From sequence record MH252123.1: a DNA stretch of 64,000 nt. One strand, written 5' to 3'. Position 1 is the stretch's first letter. Each line of letters begins with the position of its first letter. This DNA comes from Klebsiella phage ZCKP1. Below, piece by piece: positions 1-8,138 of the stretch. The position numbers and the translations under genes are program-made. The notes below the pieces were generated by a model, which made no database searches, was not told the DNA's origin, and worked only from the letters and a program-made list of their open reading frames with translations.

Positions 1-38
1 CAACCAACAACAACGATATCTTTTTTCATAATCCCTCC

Positions 39-365
39 TTAAGCGTTCAGTTCGTTGTTGAGTTCGTAAATCTCTTCTTGAAGAGCATCAATCTCTTCCT
101 CCAAACGGGAGATCTCTTCTTTTAGATATACCATTTCTGATTCTTTCTCTTCTAATTCATTTTCAAATTTTACTTTATTCGCCTCATTTTCATAATGCAG
201 TTCAGCGTAATCCTCACGCATTTGTTCAATAAGATGAATCAGAGATAAGATATAGTTATCCCCAGTTTCATCTCGCCACTCTTCCCCGTGGCGCAAGATT
301 GTGATTCGTCCAGTGTTTTCATCTAAAATTGTCTCATATTTACGATCATCTGTATAAATCTGCAT
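39..365 (-). CDS. hypothetical coiled-coil protein (early region)
   Basis: 108-aa ORF with E/L-rich heptad-like C-terminus; no recognisable catalytic motif. Confidence 0.4.
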   Translation of the reverse strand: MQIYTDDRKYETILDENTGRITILRHGEEWRDETGDNYILSLIHLIEQMREDYAELHYENEANKVKFENELEEKESEMVYLKEEISRLEEEIDALQEEIYELNNELNA

Positions 366-374
366 TATTACTCC

Positions 375-779
375 TTATTGAAGTTTAAGTGAACCACGAA
401 GACGTTTCTCTTGCTGATCACGAATATATTGTGGAACCTCGTGAATTGAATCATTACCGTGCCTATTTTCAACAACTAAAGAGATAACTTGATAACCAAA
501 CTCTTCAGCAAGAGTTAGATAAGGTTTAAGTTCTTTCTCTGTGGTTGAAGTGTTAGAAACAATAATCTTGTTAAGATTAGATGCCATAGCATCACGAACA
601 ATACTCTGACACCATGCGTGTGCTTTACCTACATTTTCTGGCTTCCAATCGTAAACACCACTTTCTGTGTAATGATATTGATCTGCCTCACAGATAGGCC
701 AATAACCTTCAGAAATAATTTCTGCTACCGTAGATTTACCAGCACCTGAAACGCCACGTAAAATGATAAGTTGTTTCAT
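375..779 (-). CDS. P-loop polynucleotide 5'-kinase-like protein (RNA repair)
   Basis: N-terminal Walker A ILRGVSGAGKST resembling the T4 Pnk kinase domain; ends 1 nt from the ligase gene. Confidence 0.6.
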   Translation of the reverse strand: MKQLIILRGVSGAGKSTVAEIISEGYWPICEADQYHYTESGVYDWKPENVGKAHAWCQSIVRDAMASNLNKIIVSNTSTTEKELKPYLTLAEEFGYQVISLVVENRHGNDSIHEVPQYIRDQQEKRLRGSLKLQ

Positions 780-1712
780 TTATCCTCCAAAGAAGTTTTC
801 GATTTTTTCACGTCGCTCCTGCTGATTTAAAGCAGCCCATTGAGTCTTCGTAAAATTATTTCGAATCCATTCTAACAAAGCGTAATATTCTTCGTCAACA
901 ATTTGTTTGGCATTTTTTGGATTATCCCAAATCAGATCCCACTTTTTATCTCCACCACGCATAAGAAACTTCTTAGTAAGATAGTGTGGTGATTTAATTT
1001 TTAAAAGTAAGTTGAACGGATAGTTTGTTTCACGAACTACAAACCCTTCGTGTTTACAATGTTTAGACATTTCAACAACATCTGAAAACTTAACCATTGG
1101 ATGAACTTCAGGACGCTTAAATTTGGTGACAGAAGCAATTCCATCAAGAGCACTTTCAGGTAACATAAAACTTGTCCCATCAGGATTTTGAATTCTGGCA
1201 CCAATTAAGTATGCACCTGGTTCTTCTTCGACAATATGCGGATCAGAAGGATCACAGATTTCAAACAGGAAAGTTGCTTTTGCACTCTCTGCCCATTTGA
1301 TGAAATGTTCTATGTCATCGCACTCTGAAACAATACGATTCTTTGCAATACTTGCAAAATCTGATTCAAGGCTTCCTGTTGTCGATACAATAAGTTGACC
1401 TTTATATACACCTACAGAGGCCATAAAACCATTTACTTTACGAACCACATCTACAAGTTCATCCGCTGGTAGATCTGTGTCATTCTCAAAACGATTAAAA
1501 ATCTTAGTGAAAGGCCAAATAACAACATTGTCATCAGCATCAACAACGATTCCGCGACATTCTAGAAGACGAGAATCAATGTTCCATAGGTTATCCCAGA
1601 AAACTTTGTTCTTATACTTAAGAACAGATAGACCAGAATACTCTCCTTCTTTATATGTTTTCTTATGAACTAAACCTTTTTCAACCAAATCGTCGCAATT
1701 AAATTTAGTCAC
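780..1712 (-). CDS. rnlA: RNA ligase, Rnl1 (T4 RnlA) family
   Basis: LECRGIVVD and KIFNRFEN match T4 RnlA ALECRGIMF and KFFNLNEN; VVRKVNGF fits nucleotidyltransferase motif I Kx(D/N)G. Confidence 0.6.
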   Translation of the reverse strand: MTKFNCDDLVEKGLVHKKTYKEGEYSGLSVLKYKNKVFWDNLWNIDSRLLECRGIVVDADDNVVIWPFTKIFNRFENDTDLPADELVDVVRKVNGFMASVGVYKGQLIVSTTGSLESDFASIAKNRIVSECDDIEHFIKWAESAKATFLFEICDPSDPHIVEEEPGAYLIGARIQNPDGTSFMLPESALDGIASVTKFKRPEVHPMVKFSDVVEMSKHCKHEGFVVRETNYPFNLLLKIKSPHYLTKKFLMRGGDKKWDLIWDNPKNAKQIVDEEYYALLEWIRNNFTKTQWAALNQQERREKIENFFGG

Positions 1713-1713
1713 A

Positions 1714-2265
1714 TTACTCTCCTTTGATTATTTTGTGATGGTCTACAGTTACGATATCTCGTTTACTCATCATAGAAATTATCTCATCAAAATGTAAGAT
1801 TTTTCCGTGTGCATCCCAACCCACATCTAACATTTTACCATAAGCTTCATCAGGGAAAGATCCGTGGGAATGCCCGTGTAGCATGATTGATCCACGACCT
1901 TGTTTATTCCAGGAGGCAATAGGGTAATGGCTTAAGACGAAGAACAGCTTCTGGTATTTCACTTCGTCATAATACACCACTTCGCCATACTCTGCAAGCA
2001 CTTCTCGGTGCTTGCTGTAATCATGGTTCCCAACAAGATAAGTGATATCTCCTTGCAGACGGGAAGCAATCTTACGGGTATCTTCTTCAGTCCCGAAACA
2101 GAAGTCGCCCAAATGCCACATCTTAACACCAGGAGTAGTAGCGCATTTATTCCATGCTTCGATCAGTGCTTCTGTCATGTGGTCCATATCTTCCCACGGT
2201 CGATATTCAGGAGCAAACTCTCGTATACGTTTGTGCATAAAATGCAAATCACTTGTAATAAACAT
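1714..2265 (-). CDS. calcineurin-like metallophosphoesterase (probable RNA-end 2',3'-cyclic phosphodiesterase/phosphatase)
   Basis: MPP motifs SDLHFMH, GDFCFG, GNHDY, HGHSH; tightly packed with the kinase and ligase genes. Confidence 0.65.
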   Translation of the reverse strand: MFITSDLHFMHKRIREFAPEYRPWEDMDHMTEALIEAWNKCATTPGVKMWHLGDFCFGTEEDTRKIASRLQGDITYLVGNHDYSKHREVLAEYGEVVYYDEVKYQKLFFVLSHYPIASWNKQGRGSIMLHGHSHGSFPDEAYGKMLDVGWDAHGKILHFDEIISMMSKRDIVTVDHHKIIKGE

Positions 2266-2621
2266 TAGTATAATCCCTCGCTAAATAGGTCACGATCATG
2301 ACCATTACGTTCGTAGTCAATCTGGTCTGCGTGTTTTGCAATAATGTATGCATCTTCACGACTCCACCAATTGTAGTATTGATCAATAAAACCTTGATTG
2401 TTTGGAAGACAATGCACTTTATCAAGCACACCTGCTTCTTTCAATACATTCAATTGTGCAGATAATACAGGATTTGCATGTCGAACACAAGGAATAATTA
2501 ACTCTTCACCATTATTCAAAATATACTTATTCGCAGCACAGACGATAACACGTTGCGCATAATGGCCCTCACCAATCCAGGTAAGAGGTTGGTAACAAAT
2601 GTTCTGATCAATACTACTCAT
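2265..2621 (-). CDS. hypothetical protein
   Basis: 118-aa ORF, start overlaps the upstream stop; conserved-looking Cys/His positions but no assignable family. Confidence 0.4.
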   Translation of the reverse strand: MSSIDQNICYQPLTWIGEGHYAQRVIVCAANKYILNNGEELIIPCVRHANPVLSAQLNVLKEAGVLDKVHCLPNNQGFIDQYYNWWSREDAYIIAKHADQIDYERNGHDRDLFSEGLY

Positions 2622-2632
2622 TAAGTTTCTCC

Positions 2633-2989
2633 TTAATAGTGCACACGAATCATTTTAATACCATAACGCAGCATGGATTCTTTTGCAAGCATGAATTTAT
2701 CCCCAGCGGCGGGATTAGAAGTATGCACGAAAATGGTAGGTGAACCAAAGCAAGGTTTACCAAACGCCAGAAGTTCTTCCAGGCACAGGAAAACATCATA
2801 CCCATCTTGGTCAGAATCTTCACCCAAATCGTTGTCAAAATGCCACTCATCTACAAAACGATAACCCTTCTGCACCTCATTCATGTAGCGAGAGGCAAGA
2901 AGTTCCTGTGATGTTTTAAACCAGATTGCATCTGGACAACCATAATCTTTTGGATCACGTAAATCGTCAAGCCAAATAATAGTACCCAT
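2633..2989 (-). CDS. receiver (Rec)-like domain protein
   Basis: IIWLDD near the N-terminus, acidic FDNDLGEDSDQDG about 50 aa later, HTSNP, then K: spacing resembles a phosphoacceptor receiver fold. Confidence 0.4.
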   Translation of the reverse strand: MGTIIWLDDLRDPKDYGCPDAIWFKTSQELLASRYMNEVQKGYRFVDEWHFDNDLGEDSDQDGYDVFLCLEELLAFGKPCFGSPTIFVHTSNPAAGDKFMLAKESMLRYGIKMIRVHY

Positions 2990-2999
2990 ATAACCTCCT

Positions 3000-3470
3000 C
3001 TAAGCTGGCATGATTAAAAAAGAACTCTCCACTTCAAAATGCCAATCATCTACAAGCCCTGATTCCCAATCCTTCTCTTCATGGAAAGAGCAAATCCAAC
3101 GGTACATACCTGGCGGTGTATTCTCAACATCTTCTGGCAACCCGTAATCCAAAGCTGTCAAACCGTTCTCTGTAAAACTAGGATGGAGATTAGGAGCTTT
3201 CAATACAGAAACCCTGCCTCCAACATCTACAGCCACAATCCACTCTGTCATGTATGGGCTGTCATATTGAGGTTCATCAGAACCTACCTCAACAGCCTCT
3301 GTGCGTAAGATGATAATAGCCTGCTCTGTGATTGGGGCTTTGACAATATACCCGTGATCCTCAAAAAGATCGATAACCTCAAACTCATCGCCGTTTTCGA
3401 CACCATAACTCTTATTCAAAGAGATAAACTTCGGGTTATCGTCGTAAGCTTTAGTTACTTTAATTCTCAT
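3000..3470 (-). CDS. hypothetical protein
   Basis: 156-aa ORF in the tightly packed minus-strand early operon. Confidence 0.4.
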   Translation of the reverse strand: MRIKVTKAYDDNPKFISLNKSYGVENGDEFEVIDLFEDHGYIVKAPITEQAIIILRTEAVEVGSDEPQYDSPYMTEWIVAVDVGGRVSVLKAPNLHPSFTENGLTALDYGLPEDVENTPPGMYRWICSFHEEKDWESGLVDDWHFEVESSFLIMPA

Positions 3471-3691
3471 TTTTCCTCCTTCACTTTAACCTCAAATTCT
3501 ACAGGCTTACCCTCAATGTAAAAACAATGATACTCTGCCTTATCATCCTCATAACGAGGCCAAGTTACCAAGGAGTTATAGCAATCTTCTGGTGCTTTGA
3601 AGATGGTTTTAGTCTCCACAGTAACATTCCCATTAAGTGTTGCCAATACCACCCACCCAGCTACAGTGATCATAGTGCCTCCACTTTCCAA
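3467..3691 (-). CDS. hypothetical small protein
   Basis: 74-aa ORF, start/stop overlap with neighbours. Confidence 0.3.
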   Translation of the reverse strand: MESGGTMITVAGWVVLATLNGNVTVETKTIFKAPEDCYNSLVTWPRYEDDKAEYHCFYIEGKPVEFEVKVKEEK

Positions 3692-3848
3692 GTTTTACCA
3701 TTATCAACCAAGGTCTTTGCTACAGCATACTCCTTCCCATTAACAAGGAAACAATAAACGATAAAAGATTTCCCTATTGTTACTGTCCTAGTAACCTCTA
3801 CGCGTTTAACACCTTGCATGTATTTTGCCTTACCGGAATAGAGTAAAA

Positions 3849-4130
3849 TCATTTTGCATTCCTCTTGTTGTTGATAACATCCATAGCAGTATATGGTTTA
3901 TTAGTGCCATGATACTCCAGAATCATTGGAGAGCCTTCTTGCACTACTTCAAAGATACCATAAACAGAACTTTCAGCAAATACCATTTGCTTCGTGCCTT
4001 CATCGTTTACAACGAGAGAAAACTTCTTGCCTGTCCCGTTGAGGATCTCGTATTTCTTGCCAGCAGTGAATAATCCAGAGTACCACTCATTATCTGTTGC
4101 TTTTACACACTTCAGGAAAGTCTTGATCAT
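3849..4130 (-). CDS. hypothetical protein
   Basis: 93-aa ORF, overlapping start/stop with neighbours. Confidence 0.35.
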   Translation of the reverse strand: MIKTFLKCVKATDNEWYSGLFTAGKKYEILNGTGKKFSLVVNDEGTKQMVFAESSVYGIFEVVQEGSPMILEYHGTNKPYTAMDVINNKRNAK

Positions 4131-4480
4131 TTCTTTTTGCTCCTCTTTTTAGATTTCTCATACAAACCTAACACAGCCGCTTCTTTTGCACAAGTAGGAA
4201 CTGAAGTCATTCCTCTTCTTTTTGCTTCTGGAAGATTGAGTGTCCACCATCCGAACCAATAAATTTGGTCTGCCGTGAGTGGTTCAGCCATTGGATCTGC
4301 CTCCTGCTCCTCAAGACGTTGCAACGCTTCTTCAATCTTCTCGATTGGTGTGTCAAAGACGAATGCCTCCGTATCAAATTTATCTTTCTTAGGAACTGAT
4401 TTGGCTACTTTGAGAACCTCGTTTTTCGGTTTCTTAGTAACGTTCTTTGGCTTTGATAACTTCTTCGGTGTTTTCGCCAC
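4127..4480 (-). CDS. lysine-rich basic protein (possible nucleic-acid binding)
   Basis: K-rich N- and C-termini (KKPKNEVLKVAKSVPKK ... KSKKRSKKK). Confidence 0.4.
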   Translation of the reverse strand: MAKTPKKLSKPKNVTKKPKNEVLKVAKSVPKKDKFDTEAFVFDTPIEKIEEALQRLEEQEADPMAEPLTADQIYWFGWWTLNLPEAKRRGMTSVPTCAKEAAVLGLYEKSKKRSKKK

Positions 4481-4673
4481 TTACTACCTCCATACGATCT
4501 AAAAAGTCATTCACAAATCTCCAGTAACGTTGACCTGTTCTAAGATCTTCATAGATAACTACAGGATCAAACACTTTAGATATTCCGGCAGGTTTTGGAA
4601 ATTCCACTACCGTATATAAACCACCTTTTGCTACACAAGAATAGGTTACGCCTGTAATTGGATAGTTGCTCAT
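4434..4673 (-). CDS. hypothetical protein
   Basis: 79-aa ORF. Confidence 0.35.
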   Translation of the reverse strand: MSNYPITGVTYSCVAKGGLYTVVEFPKPAGISKVFDPVVIYEDLRTGQRYWRFVNDFLDRMEVVSGENTEEVIKAKERY

Positions 4674-4864
4674 TTCTTTACGTACTCCATGATTGGGGTA
4701 TGGTCGCCAGTAAGCGTAACACGGCTGTAGGACACATCTTGTGTCTTCAGTGTATCAATCCACTCTAAGAAGTGTTCTTTCGCTTCTGTGTAGTTCTGTG
4801 TGCCTTTAACAACGTGTATACCATCTAGAGTTACACGGAATACCATTTGAATAACGTCTTTCAT
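4670..4864 (-). CDS. hypothetical protein
   Basis: 64-aa ORF. Confidence 0.35.
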   Translation of the reverse strand: MKDVIQMVFRVTLDGIHVVKGTQNYTEAKEHFLEWIDTLKTQDVSYSRVTLTGDHTPIMEYVKK

Positions 4865-4960
4865 TTCTTACCTCCTTTGTTGTCAAAATAACTTACCAGA
4901 ACATCATGAACCACACACATGGCAAAAATCAGAACAATTGTTGTCAGGACTGGATTCTCA

Positions 4961-5284
4961 CTAATTAGTGCTATCATCTTTAACCACCTCCAATTGCCTT
5001 TCGAGTTTGACTTTGTTTGAGAACTGATAATGACACAACTTACATTGCATGTCAACAATCTGATCGTGATTTAACCCTACAATTTTAACTTCCTTTGCAC
5101 CATCCCATTCCAAATACTCAAAGCCATCCAAATGATTACTCTTGTCCAACAAGAATGCTATCTGCTGCCATTCAATCTGAATGTCATTTAAATGATATGC
5201 TGCACAGAAGATATCCTCGTAGTAAAAGACGATCATTGTCATTGCTTCGTCCAGCACAACTACCTCTTGTCTTGTAAATCTCAT
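4961..5284 (-). CDS. hypothetical protein (first gene of the leftward early operon)
   Basis: 107-aa ORF immediately downstream (minus strand) of the divergent control region. Confidence 0.35.
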   Translation of the reverse strand: MRFTRQEVVVLDEAMTMIVFYYEDIFCAAYHLNDIQIEWQQIAFLLDKSNHLDGFEYLEWDGAKEVKIVGLNHDQIVDMQCKLCHYQFSNKVKLERQLEVVKDDSTN

Positions 5285-5499
5285 TCTAGCCTCCTAAACG
5301 CGTCTCTGACGCACTTTTTATATATAAGATGATAAATCACCTTACCTAGTAAGTGAACTTGCTCTACGAGCCTCTTATGAAGCTTATGTTATAGGCTATA
5401 CTATTGCTACCTGTTTAAGCAAGGTTTTTGCACACAGAAAATAATTTTAATAAAACTCTTGACTTTTGTGTTCGAAGTATGCTACCCTAGAAATCTATT

Positions 5500-5760
5500 A
5501 ACGAGCGCAGCGAGTTAAGGTTTTAGGTTGTTGATGTAGTACTCTGTACTCAAGTACTGTACTCCGTACTAGATTAATAATTATTAAATATTAATAATAA
5601 ATAATTATTAGATCTAACAAACAGGTACAGTGTATCAGAACTGGTACGTACAGATCAACTTCTATCAATCAAAAATAAAATAATAAATTATTATAAATAA
5701 TACTTGATCTATAGATCAGTATGAAGTACAGTACGGAACATCTTAACAAGAATGGAGGTG
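5500..5760. repeat. AT-rich divergent intergenic region with GTACT/GTACAG repeat array and AT palindromes
   Basis: gtagtactctgtactcaagtactgtactccgtactag (5 GTACT copies), then gtacagtg...ggtacgtacag...gaagtacagtacgg; aataattatt palindromes between. Confidence 0.6.
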
Positions 5761-5764
5761 TGCA

Positions 5765-5950
5765 ATGATTAGTGAGAATCCGTGCAAATGGCATCATGTG
5801 CCTATTAAAGATTGTATGTCTTGTAATCCACGTTCTATTTATAACATTGCATCTTATGATGATGACAATGTGTTAGACGATGATGAAGGATGGGAGGATT
5901 TAGATTGGACTGGTTATGAAACCAAAAAGGATAAAATTATTCCTAGTTGA
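5765..5950 (+). CDS. hypothetical Cys-containing small protein
   Basis: 61-aa ORF with GGAGGTG RBS 5 nt upstream of the ATG; first rightward gene. Confidence 0.4.
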   Translation: MISENPCKWHHVPIKDCMSCNPRSIYNIASYDDDNVLDDDEGWEDLDWTGYETKKDKIIPS

Positions 5951-5987
5951 CTTAAGATATCCTTCGTGCTAAACTAGAAGTGAGGAG

Positions 5988-6239
5988 ATGCCGATCACTC
6001 CCCATTTGGGGTTCGAAGGATATATGCAAAATAGCTTTTATTTTAGGTGCCGTGCTTGTAATAGGCATTTGACAAACCACTCCAGACGTGATAAAAATGG
6101 AGTCATCAAGGAATCAGACCTCTGTTCTATTTGCACAGGTTTGGCTTTTGATGATAGTCCCGAAAGGGTTTATCAGCATCAATGTATAACAGACGTTCTC
6201 GTGTCAAACTTGGTAGAGGACGAACAACTAACAGACTAG
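5988..6239 (+). CDS. hypothetical zinc-finger-like small protein
   Basis: 83-aa ORF with CRACNRH...CSIC Cys pairs; RBS GAGGAG upstream. Confidence 0.3.
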   Translation: MPITPHLGFEGYMQNSFYFRCRACNRHLTNHSRRDKNGVIKESDLCSICTGLAFDDSPERVYQHQCITDVLVSNLVEDEQLTD

Positions 6240-6247
6240 GAGGAACA

Positions 6248-6496
6248 ATGTCTCTATTAGAAAAACACGTGTTTGAAGATGGTAACGGCAATGCAGTTTT
6301 TCTTTTCCATCCAGAAAAATACACATCTGAAAACAATGGTACAACTTCTATTGTAATCACTAAAGATGTTAAAGTTATTGATTTCTTGGCTCTGATGCGA
6401 GAGATGGATCTTGAAATTAACACTTTTAACGCAGAAGCTTTGGTTGTTGCTCTTCTGGAAAAGAAAGATAGTGAAGAAGTAGCAGAATATGCTTAA
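6248..6496 (+). CDS. hypothetical protein
   Basis: ATG at 6248 preceded by AGGAGG (actaggaggaacaATG); the longer track ORF from 6182 lacks an RBS. Confidence 0.4.
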   Translation: MSLLEKHVFEDGNGNAVFLFHPEKYTSENNGTTSIVITKDVKVIDFLALMREMDLEINTFNAEALVVALLEKKDSEEVAEYA

Positions 6497-6504
6497 ATAA
6501 CTAT

Positions 6505-6534
6505 TGACAAACGTATCCTTCATATGTTAGGATA
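6505..6534 (+). promoter_or_regulatory. sigma70-type promoter (aactATTGACAA family)
   Basis: TTGACA 6505-6510, 18-nt spacer, TAGGAT; same upstream aactaTTGACAA context as at 7091 and 8771. Confidence 0.45.
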
Positions 6535-6742
6535 CGTTCATCAAGTGTGGTAACAGGGTCGTTGACTTTTGTTAAGAGGGGCTTGCACTGCGGTAGTGTT
6601 AGAGACTACTTCTTCAGAGGTTAGCTACCAAAGAGGAAAAGGAACAGTCTCGGCTCAAGAACTTTTACGCTGAAAGTTGGGCTTGGTCTTAGAGAATGTA
6701 GCGGTTCTCTACAATCGTCAGCGTCTCTGTTACCACATTTAT

Positions 6743-6817
6743 GGCCCTGTAGCTCAATGGGAGAGCTGTCGGCTCATAACCGATAGGTAGCTGGATCGAA
6801 ACCAGCCAGGGCCACCA
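6743..6817 (+). tRNA. tRNA-Met (CAT); loop CTCATAA, three G/C pairs at base of anticodon stem
   Basis: acceptor GGCCCTG/CAGGGCC, D-arm GCTC...GAGC, T-loop ATCGAAA, CCA encoded. Confidence 0.75.
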
Positions 6818-6819
6818 AC

Positions 6820-6894
6820 GTCTTTATGGTGTAATGGATAGCACAGGAGTCTTCTAAACTCTTAGTCAAGGTTCGATTCCTTGTAAAGACACCA
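6820..6894 (+). tRNA. tRNA-Arg (TCT)
   Basis: acceptor GTCTTTA/TAAAGAC, anticodon loop CTTCTAA, T-loop TTCGATT, CCA encoded. Confidence 0.7.
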
Positions 6895-7090
6895 GAACAT
6901 TTTAACATGAATTAGCTCAAGTGATTTGAACACACTACTGATCATGGTGGTAGAGAATGAGGCAAGTATGTCAGACATTATAAACAAAGGCCACGGTTAT
7001 ATTAGAAGACATAAATGCTCGAAGAGCACCGTTCGTGGAGAACGGGGGTTGGTGGAGTCACCATTCATGGTAAAATGTTTTAAAAAACTA

Positions 7091-7120
7091 TTGACAACTA
7101 ACATTATTTTATGTTAGATT
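7091..7120 (+). promoter_or_regulatory. sigma70-type promoter (aactATTGACAA family)
   Basis: TTGACA 7091-7096, 17-nt spacer, TTAGAT; tRNA-Ser begins 9 nt downstream. Confidence 0.45.
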
Positions 7121-7128
7121 ATAAGTAT

Positions 7129-7219
7129 GGAAGGGCAAATCGACGTGGCGACGAAAACGGTCTTGAAAACCGCCGAGCTTGAAAGAGCCTTGGGAGTTCG
7201 ACTCTCCCTCCTTCCGCCA
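7129..7219 (+). tRNA. tRNA-Ser (TGA), type II
   Basis: acceptor GGAAGGG/TCCTTCC, loop CTTGAAA, long variable arm, T-loop TTCGACT, CCA encoded. Confidence 0.65.
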
Positions 7220-7223
7220 GATT

Positions 7224-7309
7224 GGTAGATTGGTGAAATGGTAGCCACGACAGTTTGCTAAACTGTAGTCGGAAACGGCGTGTAGGTTCGAGTCCTACAT
7301 CTACCGCCA
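7224..7309 (+). tRNA. tRNA-Ser (GCT), type II
   Basis: acceptor GGTAGAT/ATCTACC, anticodon stem ACAGT/ACTGT with loop TTGCTAA, long variable arm, CCA encoded. Confidence 0.65.
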
Positions 7310-7439
7310 AGTTCTTTTTAATATAGCTTACTTTAGCAGAGTAAATCTTCGGCAAGTGGCGGTAACCACTTTACCGATAACTCATAGTTAGTGGTGTGAA
7401 CACTGGCTATTTTAAAAAGAATTTAAATATTAGTATTTA

Positions 7440-7527
7440 GGTGAGTTAATTCCGTAGGGGTAGCGGGGCAGACTGTAAATCTGTTATCATTGCGATTCGG
7501 GTGGTTCGACTCCATCACTCACCACCA
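7440..7527 (+). tRNA. tRNA-Tyr (GTA), type II
   Basis: acceptor GGTGAGT/ACTCACC, loop CTGTAAA, long variable arm, T-loop TTCGACT, CCA encoded. Confidence 0.6.
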
Positions 7528-7533
7528 AATTAA

Positions 7534-7619
7534 GATGAGTTGGCTGAATGGTTTAAGCGGCGGACTGTTAATCCGTGTTCGAAAGAACGATATAGGTTCA
7601 AATCCTATACTCATCGCCA
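7534..7619 (+). tRNA. type II (long variable arm) tRNA with apparent GTT anticodon (identity uncertain)
   Basis: acceptor GATGAGT/ACTCATC, 3-bp D-stem GCT/AGC with large D-loop, anticodon stem GCGGA/TCCGT loop CTGTTAA, variable hairpin GTTC-GAAA-GAAC, T-loop TTCAAAT, CCA. Confidence 0.5.
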
Positions 7620-7626
7620 GAATTAT

Positions 7627-7704
7627 GGACTTGTAGAGTTAAGGTAAACCCCCCAGTCGCCAAGAGGCTTCTGAAATTGCAGGTATCGAATCCTGCCGAG
7701 TCCC
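7627..7704 (+). tRNA. irregular tRNA-like element (possible pseudo-tRNA; anticodon unassigned)
   Basis: acceptor GGACTTG/CGAGTCC and T-arm GCAGG-TATCGAAT-CCTGC (8-nt loop, canonical GGTTCGAATCC plus an extra A); no clean D or anticodon arm; no CCA. Confidence 0.3.
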
Positions 7705-7710
7705 AGCTTT

Positions 7711-7785
7711 GCTCCTATAGTATAATGGCTATTACAACGGTTTTGTAATCCGTGGATCTCTGTTCGATTCAGAGTGGGAGCACCA
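7711..7785 (+). tRNA. tRNA-Thr (TGT)
   Basis: acceptor GCTCCTA/TGGGAGC, loop TTTGTAA, T-loop TTCGATT, CCA encoded. Confidence 0.6.
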
Positions 7786-8138
7786 ACACAACATTAAGGG
7801 CACTGTGATTGATCGTCGTATCCTGTGCACAAGGTCTGTTCGAAAGACAGTGTTCTTAGTATTGTGTTGATCACAAAAAGAGTCACCTGAAACTTGACCG
7901 GAGTAGGGTTGGATGGGGCAAAAGAAGAAGCGGCTCTCCCATCGACAGCAACGAAGAATAATATTTGACTTTGGTTTTGTATTATTTTAAGTTAGCTTAC
8001 CGAACGTAGGGCTAGTCACCCAACGGGATACTCGTCACTGTCCCACTCAAAGAAAAGAAGAACCAAACTGTTAACGTTAAGAAAAAATTACCCTTAACTA
8101 ATCCATTTTATCACAAATGGATTTCATATGTCAATATG

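Noticed and set aside
5500-5760. Possible CRISPR array (short GTACT repeats)
   Set aside because: Repeat units are only 5 nt with 2-3 nt spacers, far too short for CRISPR repeats; no cas genes; interpreted as regulatory/origin repeats instead.
6926-7117. 63-aa plus-strand ORF between tRNA-Arg and the next promoter
   Set aside because: No Shine-Dalgarno upstream, overlaps the 7091 promoter, Arg/Cys-rich composition; more likely non-coding spacer.
7119-7355. 78-aa minus-strand ORF
   Set aside because: Lies exactly across the two tRNA-Ser genes (7129-7219, 7224-7309); Pro/Arg-rich translation typical of antisense tRNA sequence; no RBS.
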